Assembly (NCBI GenBank): GCA_965216315.1
Contig: CBDCFN010000016.1
Span: 1,408,001 to 1,472,000, forward strand
Length of the DNA: 64,000 nt
DNA from: a bacterium
GTDB taxonomy: Bacteria > UBA10199 > 2-02-FULL-50-16 > JAJFLM01
Direction: 5' to 3'
Below are positions 21,609 through 30,509 of the stretch, piece after piece. Under the pieces are notes generated by a model. It was given only the letters and a program-made list of their open reading frames with translations, searched no databases and had not been told where the DNA came from. Positions within the stretch are counted from its first letter, which is position 1, and each line of letters opens with the position of its first letter. The translations under genes and the position numbers were made by a program.

Positions 21609-23732
21609 TCAACCTACGTCGGCTAACTCTAGTTTCTCCTGCCACCGTTCCTTGATGACGGCGCGGAAAGTCGGGAGTTCGAACAGGTTGGGATCTTCGG
21701 CGATAATCTGGAAGGCAGCCTCGCGGGCTTCGGAAAGAATCGGGACATCCCGAACGAGATTGGCAAAGCGCAGGTCCGGCAAACCACTCTGGCGCGTCCC
21801 CAAAAATTCACCAGGACCACGAATCTTGAGGTCTTCTTCCGCAATACGAAAACCATCCGTCGTCGCCTCCATGACTTTCATGCGACGCTTGGCATCGTCG
21901 GTCTGCTTGCTTGATGACATGAGGATGCAGAGTGAAGCCTTATCCCCTCTTCCGATCCGACCCCGCAACTGATGAAGTTGCGACAGGCCAAAGCGTTCCG
22001 GATGCTCGATGACAATACAGGTCGCATTTGGAACATCAATTCCCACTTCGACCACGGTCGTCGCCACGAGAATATGGTGGTCATGCTCTTTAAAGGCACG
22101 CATCGTCGCTTCTTTCTCATCGGCACTCAGACGGCCATGCAAGAGACCGACCGAAAATTGAGGAAAAATATCGTCTTGCAGATGTTGGGCCATCTCTGTT
22201 GCCGCTTTAAGATCACTTTTTTCGGTTTCTTCTACTAAGGGATAAACAATAAAAATCTGCTCCCCTCGCTCCATTATCCGCTCCAAGCCCCGATACATCT
22301 GTCTTCGCTGGCGTTCCCCTACAATACGCGTCTCAATCGCTTGACGTCCTGGCGGCAACTCATCGATCACCGAAACATCCAGCTCCCCATAAACCGTCAT
22401 CGCAAGAGTCCGCGGGATCGGTGTCGCCGTCATCACCAGAACGTCCGGCGCACCTTCACTGCAAGCTTTTTGTTTTAAGGCCTTACGTTGCATCACCCCG
22501 AAACGGTGCTGCTCATCGATAACCACTAAACCCAGTCGCTTGAAATGAACCTCCTCACTGAGCAAGGCATGGGTCCCAATGACGATGGGAATCCGTCCCT
22601 CTTGCAGACAAAGTCGCAGCCACTTCTTTTCTTTCGCTCGCAGACTCGCCGTCAACAGCGCGGCCTGACTGGCGTCATTTCCGAGCAGATTTCTAAAACT
22701 ACGGAAATGCTGTTCGGCTAGTATTTCGGTGGGCGCCATCACGGCCACTTGGTAGCCGGCCTTGACCGCAGCACGCGCCGCCAACAGGGCCACCACGGTC
22801 TTACCACTGCCCACATCCCCCTGAATGAGCCGATTCATTGGAGTCGCTTGACTCATGTCGCGCAAACTCACTTCCAGTACCCGTGACTGCGCCCCCGTGA
22901 GCTTAAAAGGTAATTCACCCAACAAGTCATGCCTGTAAGAACTTGGTATCTGAATGGCGATCCCCTGTTCCCGTTCCAGGCCTTTTCGTTTGAGGGCCAA
23001 GCCCAATTCGAGAAAGAAGAGCTCCTCAAAGATCATGCGGCGATGCGCCAGGCTACGGCCTCCGTGCAGCTCTCCCGTATCCGCATCATCCGGCGGTCGG
23101 TGTAAATATTCCAAGGCCTCCACCAGTCCCTGCAGATGATGGCGCTCTCGAAAGCTTCGCGGCAGGGGATCTTGTAGATGCGGCAGGCAGAGTTCGAGTG
23201 CATTGCGGATGACTTTACTCAAATAACGCTGTCCCAGCTGTGAAACCGATGGGTAGAGCGCGACAATGCCGGGGGCCTCAGGACTCATCATCGCCTCGCC
23301 TTCCATAATTTCAACGGTCGGATGAATCATCTGCAGTTCACCACGAAATTCGGTGACTTTTCCCGAGACGAGCAAGGTCGCCCCCTTGCGATACGCCGAT
23401 TGCACATATTTTGTATTGAAACGAAACCATTTCAGCCGCAAGACCCCGCTCCCATCACTCAAGGCCGCTTCAAAACGACGCCGTCCACGCCCGGCAAAGC
23501 CCATTCCGCTCGCGAGAATTTCACCCATGATGCTGTAGTCTTGACCCGGCTCAATGGAAGCAATGGTCACGACCTGACGACGATCGAGATAGCGTGAGGG
23601 TATGTGATAGAGGAGATCGCCGGCCGTTGCTATGCCCCGCGCAGCCAGCAGATCGGCCACCTTGGGGCCAACGCCCTTAACGAAGCGTACCGGCATCTGG
23701 AGGGGATTGTCCGTATAGGAGCTATCGGCCAT
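21609..23732 (-). CDS. recG: ATP-dependent DNA helicase RecG
   Basis: Wedge domain, 'QGDVGSGKT', 'DEQH', 'TATPIPRT', 'HQLRGRIGR', 'RGPGE'. Confidence 0.98.
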   Translation of the reverse strand: MADSSYTDNPLQMPVRFVKGVGPKVADLLAARGIATAGDLLYHIPSRYLDRRQVVTIASIEPGQDYSIMGEILASGMGFAGRGRRRFEAALSDGSGVLRLKWFRFNTKYVQSAYRKGATLLVSGKVTEFRGELQMIHPTVEIMEGEAMMSPEAPGIVALYPSVSQLGQRYLSKVIRNALELCLPHLQDPLPRSFRERHHLQGLVEALEYLHRPPDDADTGELHGGRSLAHRRMIFEELFFLELGLALKRKGLEREQGIAIQIPSSYRHDLLGELPFKLTGAQSRVLEVSLRDMSQATPMNRLIQGDVGSGKTVVALLAARAAVKAGYQVAVMAPTEILAEQHFRSFRNLLGNDASQAALLTASLRAKEKKWLRLCLQEGRIPIVIGTHALLSEEVHFKRLGLVVIDEQHRFGVMQRKALKQKACSEGAPDVLVMTATPIPRTLAMTVYGELDVSVIDELPPGRQAIETRIVGERQRRQMYRGLERIMERGEQIFIVYPLVEETEKSDLKAATEMAQHLQDDIFPQFSVGLLHGRLSADEKEATMRAFKEHDHHILVATTVVEVGIDVPNATCIVIEHPERFGLSQLHQLRGRIGRGDKASLCILMSSSKQTDDAKRRMKVMEATTDGFRIAEEDLKIRGPGEFLGTRQSGLPDLRFANLVRDVPILSEAREAAFQIIAEDPNLFELPTFRAVIKERWQEKLELADVG

Positions 23733-23768
23733 AGCCAGCGCTTAACCGGTCCCAGAGATGAGAACAAG

Positions 23769-23796
23769 AAAAAAGCGCCCGCCTTCAGGCGGGCGC
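23769..23796 (-). terminator. Rho-independent terminator
   Basis: Perfect 9-bp stem GCGCCCGCC/GGCGGGCGC with 4-nt loop, followed by a T-run on the minus strand. Confidence 0.8.
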
Positions 23797-23847
23797 CCAA
23801 CACTCACTCGAGAACTAGTAGGTCAACTTTACTACTCAACTTCCGCT

Positions 23848-24063
23848 TCAGCTCCAAATAGACTTGATATATTCTTCAAAATCTTTCTCATCCTTGAAGA
23901 AATTTAAACCGTCTGACTGTCTCTCATTCCTTGCACGACTTCCTGTAGCCACTGGCCGCTGTGAACTCTGGGAACGACCGGATACCATCCGACTGATCCG
24001 ACTGATCCAGCTGCGGCGACTTCGCGATGCTCCACTATGTGGACGACTCGTTTTCATCATCAT
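23848..24063 (-). CDS. Small Ser/Arg-rich hypothetical protein (alternatively a non-coding transcript)
   Basis: GGAGAG upstream of ATG ATG ATG; lies between a sigma54 motif and a terminator. Confidence 0.45.
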   Translation of the reverse strand: MMMKTSRPHSGASRSRRSWISRISRMVSGRSQSSQRPVATGSRARNERQSDGLNFFKDEKDFEEYIKSIWS

Positions 24064-24159
24064 CTCTCCGTTGATCCTCTCTCCCCGGTTAGGTCTCTCT
24101 CAGTGGCTCCACTCTAAACCACTATTCATCCGCTGAAGCTTGCTTTCAGCCTGTTTATT

Positions 24160-24176
24160 TGCAATTCGGCTGCCAA
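24160..24176 (-). promoter_or_regulatory. Sigma54 (-24/-12) promoter
   Basis: Minus strand TTGGCAGCCGAATTGCA = GG-N10-GC; IHF-like box at 24199-24214. Confidence 0.7.
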
Positions 24177-24404
24177 CTCAGTGGAAAAAAAACACACCAT
24201 ATTTCAGGGACTTAAATTAGAGTCCTGGGCGAAAGTGGGTGAAATTCAACCTCGCCCGATGTGGATAAAATGCCGTTTAGCCTTTATTTTCAGGGCTTTT
24301 TCAAACTCAGCTATTTTTTAGCTGTAGCAGGATAATTGACACTTTTTACGCCTGATTGGGCCCTATTGACGCACCAGTACCAATATGAGACCTTGGAGCG
24401 CCCT

Positions 24405-26369
24405 ATGGCGTTACAGCCCCACCCATTCGTCGCAATCGACCCCCTTAAAGAGCAAGTCTTGAATTATCTCAACCTCACTCTATGGGTGAACCCGGACCCG
24501 CAGCTGTCCTTGCCACGCGTACTCGAACGCGTCGCCTCGCAGTACGGCACCAAAACCGCCCTCATGGAAAAGGTGAATGGAAACTATGAACCTATTAGCT
24601 TCCACGAACTCCTCTCCGATGCGATGGCGACCGCAGCTGCCTTAAGGGACAGTGGGCTTAAGCCGGGAGGAAAAACCGCTCTCCTCCTCAAAAATTCTCC
24701 TGTCTGGGTGTTAGGTGACTTTGGGACACTATTCGCTGGTGGCACGATGGTCCCGATCTACCCGACGCTCACTCCCGCTGCGATCGAGTATATATTAAAG
24801 GACTCCGCGACCGAGATACTCATCTTGGAGGACAAAGTGCAGTACCGTAAAATAGCCGACAAACTCGCTGCGCTCCCCCTGTTGCGTAAAATTGTCATTC
24901 GTCATCCGGAGGGTATCGAACTCGGCGACCAAGCTATTTCATGGCAGGACTTTCTCGATCAAGGTCGCCAATCACTCCCCGATCATGTTGACGCCATCCA
25001 TAAGGTCGTGGACTCGCTGCAACGTGATGATGTCGCGAGCATCGTCTATACGAGTGGTACGACAGGAGAACCTAAGGGGGTAATGCTCACGCACCTTAAT
25101 TTCATCAGCACTGTCTTCGGGCTCATGTCCGTTACCGACTTTAACTCCAATGATCGCTTTTTATCCCTCCTGCCTTTATCTCACGTTTTTGAACGTAGCT
25201 TCGGGTACTATGCCGCCTTAATAAGCGGTTCGATGATTGCTTATGCCGAAGGAATAGAAACACTTAACAAAAATTTCCAGGAGATACAGCCAACCATATG
25301 CGCGGCCGTCCCCCGCATTTTTGAAAAAATCTATACGCGCGTCAATACGGAGTTAATTAAGGGATATAGATTTAAGCGATCATTATTCCATTGGGCCAGC
25401 GGTGTCGGTGAAAAGATTTGGGATATCTGGCTGACGGGCCTCAAGGAAAGCGGCGAGCGCAATAATAAGCGCTTACGCCATCGAGTCGAGGATCACCCTG
25501 ACCAAAGCCTGCGCTGGAACCAAAAATTGTGGCTACGAAGTCAGTACTGGTTGGCAAAGCAACTGGTCTACAAGCGTATTCGGTCCAAATTTGGCGGCTC
25601 CATTCGCTATTTTGTCACCGGAGGGGCTCCGCTGTCCGCCGAAGTCATTACCTTCTTTCGCAATTTGCAGATTATTATTTACGAAGGCTATGGGCTCACG
25701 GAAACAAGCCCAGTCATCAGTTTCAATTATGGGAATGCCTACAAACCCGGGACCGTCGGCAAACTCATTGCGCACGTAAATGTAAAACTGGCCGATAATG
25801 GTGAAATTCTGGTTAAAGGGCCGAATGTCATGCAAGGCTACCTTAATAAGCCGGAAGCAACCCACGAGGTAATCGATGACGACGGTTGGTTTCACACGGG
25901 AGATATTGGCGAGTGGGACGATGAGCATTTTCTCAAGATCACCGACCGTTTAAAGGAACTGATCGTTCTGAGCACGGGGAAAAATGTTGCGCCTTTACCG
26001 TTAGAACAACGTCTATGCCAATCCGATCTAATTTCACATGTCGCTGTCATCGGCAACAACCGCAAATATATTACCGCGCTGGTTTTCCCTGATATGCAGG
26101 CCTTAGAGGACCATGCCGCTCATCGAGGACTCTCGAAAAACGGTACCGAATCACTCTGTCAGAACGATCAGATTCGTTCCTATGTCCATGAACTCATCAA
26201 TGAAGCCAATAAGCCGTTTTCTTCTTTTGAGCAAATTAAGCGCTTTGTCATCGCGCCCTATGATATTAGCGATGACACGGAGTTACTCACCCCGACCTTG
26301 AAACTGAAGCGAAAAAAAGTTGAAGAGAAATTCAAAGATTTGATCGAAAAACAGCTTTATCCCCGATAA
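24405..26369 (+). CDS. Long-chain fatty acid-CoA ligase (AMP-dependent synthetase)
   Basis: 'YTSGTTGEPKG', 'GYGLTE', 'GWFHTGD', 'LTPTLK'; GGAG RBS before ATG 24405. Confidence 0.92.
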   Translation: MALQPHPFVAIDPLKEQVLNYLNLTLWVNPDPQLSLPRVLERVASQYGTKTALMEKVNGNYEPISFHELLSDAMATAAALRDSGLKPGGKTALLLKNSPVWVLGDFGTLFAGGTMVPIYPTLTPAAIEYILKDSATEILILEDKVQYRKIADKLAALPLLRKIVIRHPEGIELGDQAISWQDFLDQGRQSLPDHVDAIHKVVDSLQRDDVASIVYTSGTTGEPKGVMLTHLNFISTVFGLMSVTDFNSNDRFLSLLPLSHVFERSFGYYAALISGSMIAYAEGIETLNKNFQEIQPTICAAVPRIFEKIYTRVNTELIKGYRFKRSLFHWASGVGEKIWDIWLTGLKESGERNNKRLRHRVEDHPDQSLRWNQKLWLRSQYWLAKQLVYKRIRSKFGGSIRYFVTGGAPLSAEVITFFRNLQIIIYEGYGLTETSPVISFNYGNAYKPGTVGKLIAHVNVKLADNGEILVKGPNVMQGYLNKPEATHEVIDDDGWFHTGDIGEWDDEHFLKITDRLKELIVLSTGKNVAPLPLEQRLCQSDLISHVAVIGNNRKYITALVFPDMQALEDHAAHRGLSKNGTESLCQNDQIRSYVHELINEANKPFSSFEQIKRFVIAPYDISDDTELLTPTLKLKRKKVEEKFKDLIEKQLYPR

Positions 26370-26374
26370 AAAAA

Positions 26375-26406
26375 GCGGGAGAGAAGATCGATATCTTCTC
26401 TCCCGC
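26375..26406. terminator. Palindromic, probably bidirectional terminator between convergent genes
   Basis: 14-bp perfect arms GCGGGAGAGAAGAT/ATCTTCTCTCCCGC, 4-nt loop, A-run on the left. Confidence 0.8.
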
Positions 26407-26441
26407 AATTTGATAAGCCTCGATAGTAGCGCTGTTGAGTA

Positions 26442-27803
26442 TCAACCACCCGAGCGCTGCAGGATCGTAAACTCAGTCCGGCGGTTTCTCGCGCGGCCCA
26501 ACGCCGTATCGTTGGTATCGATTGGTTTGCTCTCGCCAAAACCCTTCGCAACCATACGACTAGACGAGACGCCACGTTGGACTAAGTAAGCCATGACGGA
26601 GCGAGATCGCCGTTCTGACAGTCGCTGGTTATACTGATCGGAACCAACGGCATCCGTATGACCTTCAATTTGGATGCGTAGAATCTCAGGATGACGCTTC
26701 ATAACATCCGCGACGGCGTCTAAGATGTGGAAGGAAATCGGCCGTATCACCGCTTTATCGAATTCGAAGTGGATCTTCTGCGTGATAACAATCCGTTCTT
26801 TTTCAACGCGGACGATCGGCACCGGAGCTGGCGGCGGCGGCGGCAAATCAACGATGCGCGGCTTGGTATAACTGACGCCGACAAGTCCACGAAAATCAGG
26901 CGAGCCATAACCAAAGGTCAAACCGGCACCCGCACCGACATCAATCTCCCAGCCCTCCCAGGGCCTAAAACGCGCTCCACCCAACACTTCAAGAGGTAAT
27001 TCAGACTCCCGATCAAAGAAGTCACTCGTGACGGTTGCACCCCAGATCTCCATAATCACATCCATCCACTCGAGGGCTTTGACGTTGACACCCAAACCAT
27101 AGGTAAACTTATCGTCTTCTTGGACGTTCAAATTTACGGGGCGCACCGAATCACGCATAAAATAACCTAAATTCAAGGCTACGTAGAGGCGTTCCCAGGC
27201 ATGCACATCAAAGATGACATCCAGTCCACCGGCAAAGCTATCATTACCGACTAGTTTGTCGCCATCACCGGTTGGAAAGAAAATATAGGGTCGCAAGGCC
27301 AATCCGACCGGATGCACGAAATCATTGACTAACCTAAATTTGGCCTCGAGACGAATATCACCCATCCGAGCGACATTCTCAGCCGGCGCATTGGGTGCGA
27401 ACACAGGATTAAAAAACTGCTCGTACAGGGCAACCGGAATATCGATGCCCATTTGAAACCAATCAGTCCACCCCACGGAGGCATAGGCATCTAGCATGAG
27501 CAGATGATCAATGATCGGACCGCGCCGGGCTCCGCCGATACCAAACTCGACCGGTCGATAGGCATAATTGAACATGCCGCCGACCTTCCACTGCCATTTT
27601 TGCATGGTCTGTGAACTGTATTGCCCAAAATACTTTGACGTATCGATGGATGGCAGGAATTTTTGCGCACTCGCGTCAGGCGCCGCCTGCACCGTGAGAG
27701 GCGCAAGGGTCACAGCAATCACTACTGCTAGCAAAAACCGCCTTATCCTCAACCGACTCAAATTCTTGATTGTTGTGGCCACTCTATCCTCCCTCTTGTT
27801 CAT
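26442..27803 (-). CDS. OmpA-family outer membrane protein (beta-barrel + Pro linker + OmpA_C)
   Basis: Signal peptide, amphipathic beta strands, PPPPPAP linker, 'IEGHTD...NQRLSERR...GFGE...NRR'. Confidence 0.92.
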   Translation of the reverse strand: MNKREDRVATTIKNLSRLRIRRFLLAVVIAVTLAPLTVQAAPDASAQKFLPSIDTSKYFGQYSSQTMQKWQWKVGGMFNYAYRPVEFGIGGARRGPIIDHLLMLDAYASVGWTDWFQMGIDIPVALYEQFFNPVFAPNAPAENVARMGDIRLEAKFRLVNDFVHPVGLALRPYIFFPTGDGDKLVGNDSFAGGLDVIFDVHAWERLYVALNLGYFMRDSVRPVNLNVQEDDKFTYGLGVNVKALEWMDVIMEIWGATVTSDFFDRESELPLEVLGGARFRPWEGWEIDVGAGAGLTFGYGSPDFRGLVGVSYTKPRIVDLPPPPPAPVPIVRVEKERIVITQKIHFEFDKAVIRPISFHILDAVADVMKRHPEILRIQIEGHTDAVGSDQYNQRLSERRSRSVMAYLVQRGVSSSRMVAKGFGESKPIDTNDTALGRARNRRTEFTILQRSGG

Positions 27804-27885
27804 AACCTATAGCGAATTATGCCAATATTATAGGTAATTTTGGCATAATTTAGTCGATTTAGAGGTCAGTGTCAACGAATCAACC

Positions 27886-28716
27886 TCATTGAAGAAAAAT
27901 TTTCTTCCCGAGTTGGGCGGCAATTTCCCGTAACGATGCACCGCGTTCAAACTCGATAACAACCGTCTGAGATCGTGATTTACGGCTAAAAGGAAAGCGA
28001 TGCAACTCCAAACGCGCATTCCAACCCACCGCACTCACCCGAAGGGCCCATAATTGCCGCCAGCCCTGTCGGCGCGCGTAGGCAATTGCTTGCTTATGAA
28101 TAGAGGCCAAAACCTGGTGCGACTCCGGAGGCGCTGGTATGCCAACGCGGCGCGCTCCACCAAATAATTGGATAAAGGCAGGCGGATAAATATCGGCAGG
28201 CAGCTGCAACTGGGGCCATTCGAAATGAAGTTGTTGCATGATGCGACGCACCGCTTTTTGCTGTCCCCGCGCCTGCTGGATCAGCGCCGCCAAAACATTC
28301 GCGGCCAGACGCGCGCCTTGCCTGTGTTCACCCTGTTTTGCCCGCTCGACGATTCGAAGCGCCTTACTGAATTGCAGCTGATAGTAAGCGTCCCAGGCTG
28401 CCTTAAGTTCCTGTGGTGCTGACTGAGGGCGAAGCAAGTGTATAGACTGACGTGAGCTTTCACGTTGAGGACCAACAACGGTCAGCTCGATCGAGTGTCT
28501 ACGAAAATAACGTTGTAGCTCCTGAGCCAACCCGTTGGCCTCTGCTTGCCACTTCATTTGATCGACAAAAACGAGTAGTCCCGCGACATCTCGCTGCGAG
28601 CCGGCAACTGAAATTCTGCCGAGCGCCAACAATCCTGCCAACACGATCAGCGAGACACCGCAAAGCGTCCTAAATTGAGACAGTCGCGTCTGAGAATAAG
28701 TCGATTTTAGCTTCAA
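27886..28716 (-). CDS. Hypothetical exported/membrane-anchored protein
   Basis: 276-aa ORF with N-terminal hydrophobic segment. Confidence 0.55.
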   Translation of the reverse strand: MKLKSTYSQTRLSQFRTLCGVSLIVLAGLLALGRISVAGSQRDVAGLLVFVDQMKWQAEANGLAQELQRYFRRHSIELTVVGPQRESSRQSIHLLRPQSAPQELKAAWDAYYQLQFSKALRIVERAKQGEHRQGARLAANVLAALIQQARGQQKAVRRIMQQLHFEWPQLQLPADIYPPAFIQLFGGARRVGIPAPPESHQVLASIHKQAIAYARRQGWRQLWALRVSAVGWNARLELHRFPFSRKSRSQTVVIEFERGASLREIAAQLGKKIFLQ

Positions 28717-28788
28717 ATGATCTCTCCCTCATGAGTGAATATTAGTGTAACTCCATGTAATTATAGAATTTTCCATGAAAAGCCCATT

Positions 28789-28805
28789 CTGGCATCGGCC
28801 CTGCA
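28789..28805 (+). promoter_or_regulatory. Sigma54 (-24/-12) promoter
   Basis: CTGGCATCGGCCCTGCA = GG-N10-GC; IHF-like box at 28748-28764. Confidence 0.65.
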
Positions 28806-28818
28806 ATAGCGAAACAAC

Positions 28819-29016
28819 ATGCCCGTGCCAAAACTCATCAAGTCCGTCCGTCGTCCCCAGCCGACCAAAACCCAAGTCGCTGCGGTCGCAACCAATCCGT
28901 ACGAGCAAAAACTGCGCCAGCGCGCAAGTGATTTGACCGCAACCGAACGTTTCGATGAAGCGTCACGGACTATTCGACAAATTCAACAAATCACACGACT
29001 GACTCAACCTATCTAA
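28819..29016 (+). CDS. Small basic hypothetical protein upstream of the VWD-like gene
   Basis: 65-aa ORF ending just before the RBS of 29033; no clear RBS of its own. Confidence 0.4.
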   Translation: MPVPKLIKSVRRPQPTKTQVAAVATNPYEQKLRQRASDLTATERFDEASRTIRQIQQITRLTQPI

Positions 29017-29032
29017 CCTTAAGGAGAAATAT

Positions 29033-30475
29033 ATGCCGCCCGCTTCCGTCAGTTCAGAAATTCAGCACCAAATCAAAAAAACGCTTATTAAAGAAACGAC
29101 GACGACAGTCCAAACGCAGGTCCCTTCCTTTGCCCCACAATACTCTCATAACACGCGGAGTCTACACCGCTATCAACATGTCATCGAGGGCGGCGTCTCT
29201 CATACATGCAAAGTAGCCATTCCACCGTTGCCAAAAATCAACGGCCGCACAGTGCATGAAGTTTGGCCGACAACCAGCACGATAGCGGCCAATGAAAAAG
29301 CCTCCGCAACCGGCGACCCACACATTAAGGGTGGAGATGGCGGACGGTTTGATTTTCAAGGTCGTCCCGGACGCGTCTACAATCTCTTGAATGATTCGGG
29401 ACTGCAGCTCAATGCCAAATTCAGAGCTTGGTTGGGTGCTGGAACCGCTATCAGCGAGGTCGGCCTGACCGTAACGGGTCGAGGTGGATATTCCCGCGTC
29501 ACCATGCAAACCAAAGTCGGACGCCAACTCGAAATAAAGATCAACGGGCGCCGCCTTTTACCGGGACAAAGCACACGACTGGCCGATGGCGGCACCCTTC
29601 ACCTCAGCAAAACCGGCAAGTCAGTCTCCATCCGCACCAGAGAAGGCTACCGCACCCGAGTCCACGTTAAAGGAAACGGCCTCCGTGCTCATCTTGATGT
29701 TCATATCAGCAGTCCGCGCCAAGGCGTCGCACGAGATGGCCGCATGCCCGGTGGTCTGCTGGGCCATACCTTCGACAAAGGAAAAGACGCGCGACATGGC
29801 GCTAAAGGTCGGGGGGCTCAAGGGGAAGGTGCCATCGATGGACACTATACAGATTACGAAGTTCTGGGCGGACTTCATGCCCGGCCAAAAGCAAAAATCA
29901 CCAAGGCAAAGCTGGCGCCGACCACCAGACCCATTGGACCTGTCCATCGCCACTATCTTGGCGACACTCAAAAAACCGAATTCAATGAATTCAACCGAAC
30001 TGAGCTTCAAGAGACATGGCGACAGATCACGCAACAAATGACGGAATCAACCCTCATTCAAAATACACTTAAGCGGAAGCAAAATATTCAGCGGCAAACG
30101 CGTAAAACAGAACGCTTACTCATGGCCGCACTCAACAGTGGCAACATGGATCTTGCCGTTATCATGCTGGCCAGCATCGAAACGCAGCTTGCCAATGACG
30201 TCACGAGTGGCCTTGTCAAACAAATCCACACCCTACAAAAACAACGTCAGTCCCTCTCATCACAGATGGCTAAGCTCGGCAACAAAGGCAAAGATGCCAG
30301 CAAGTTGAGCAGTCTGAGTACGCAGGCCCAGAATATTGGAACGGAGATCTCCTTGCTCCAGACCTTTCTTCAAGATTCGATGTCCAGCAAACGCAACACC
30401 CAGGAATTTGCGAGTAATTGGATACGACAGAGTCATGAAACGACGCGGTCGATTATTCAGAATATTGGCCGGTAA
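29033..30475 (+). CDS. VWD-like domain protein with T3SS filament/needle-like helical C-terminus
   Basis: AAGGAG RBS; 'GDPHIKGGDGGRFDFQG...YNLLND..LQLNA.F' VWD-like start; C-terminus 'SKRNTQEFASNWIRQSHETTRSIIQNIGR'. Confidence 0.6.
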   Translation: MPPASVSSEIQHQIKKTLIKETTTTVQTQVPSFAPQYSHNTRSLHRYQHVIEGGVSHTCKVAIPPLPKINGRTVHEVWPTTSTIAANEKASATGDPHIKGGDGGRFDFQGRPGRVYNLLNDSGLQLNAKFRAWLGAGTAISEVGLTVTGRGGYSRVTMQTKVGRQLEIKINGRRLLPGQSTRLADGGTLHLSKTGKSVSIRTREGYRTRVHVKGNGLRAHLDVHISSPRQGVARDGRMPGGLLGHTFDKGKDARHGAKGRGAQGEGAIDGHYTDYEVLGGLHARPKAKITKAKLAPTTRPIGPVHRHYLGDTQKTEFNEFNRTELQETWRQITQQMTESTLIQNTLKRKQNIQRQTRKTERLLMAALNSGNMDLAVIMLASIETQLANDVTSGLVKQIHTLQKQRQSLSSQMAKLGNKGKDASKLSSLSTQAQNIGTEISLLQTFLQDSMSSKRNTQEFASNWIRQSHETTRSIIQNIGR

Positions 30476-30509
30476 GAAATGGCAAATGAGGGCGCGGCGA
30501 GCAGCGCCT

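Noticed and set aside
26442..27803. Myxobacterial TraB (outer-membrane exchange)
   Set aside because: No thrombospondin type-3 repeats and no adjacent traA-like gene; kept as generic OmpA family
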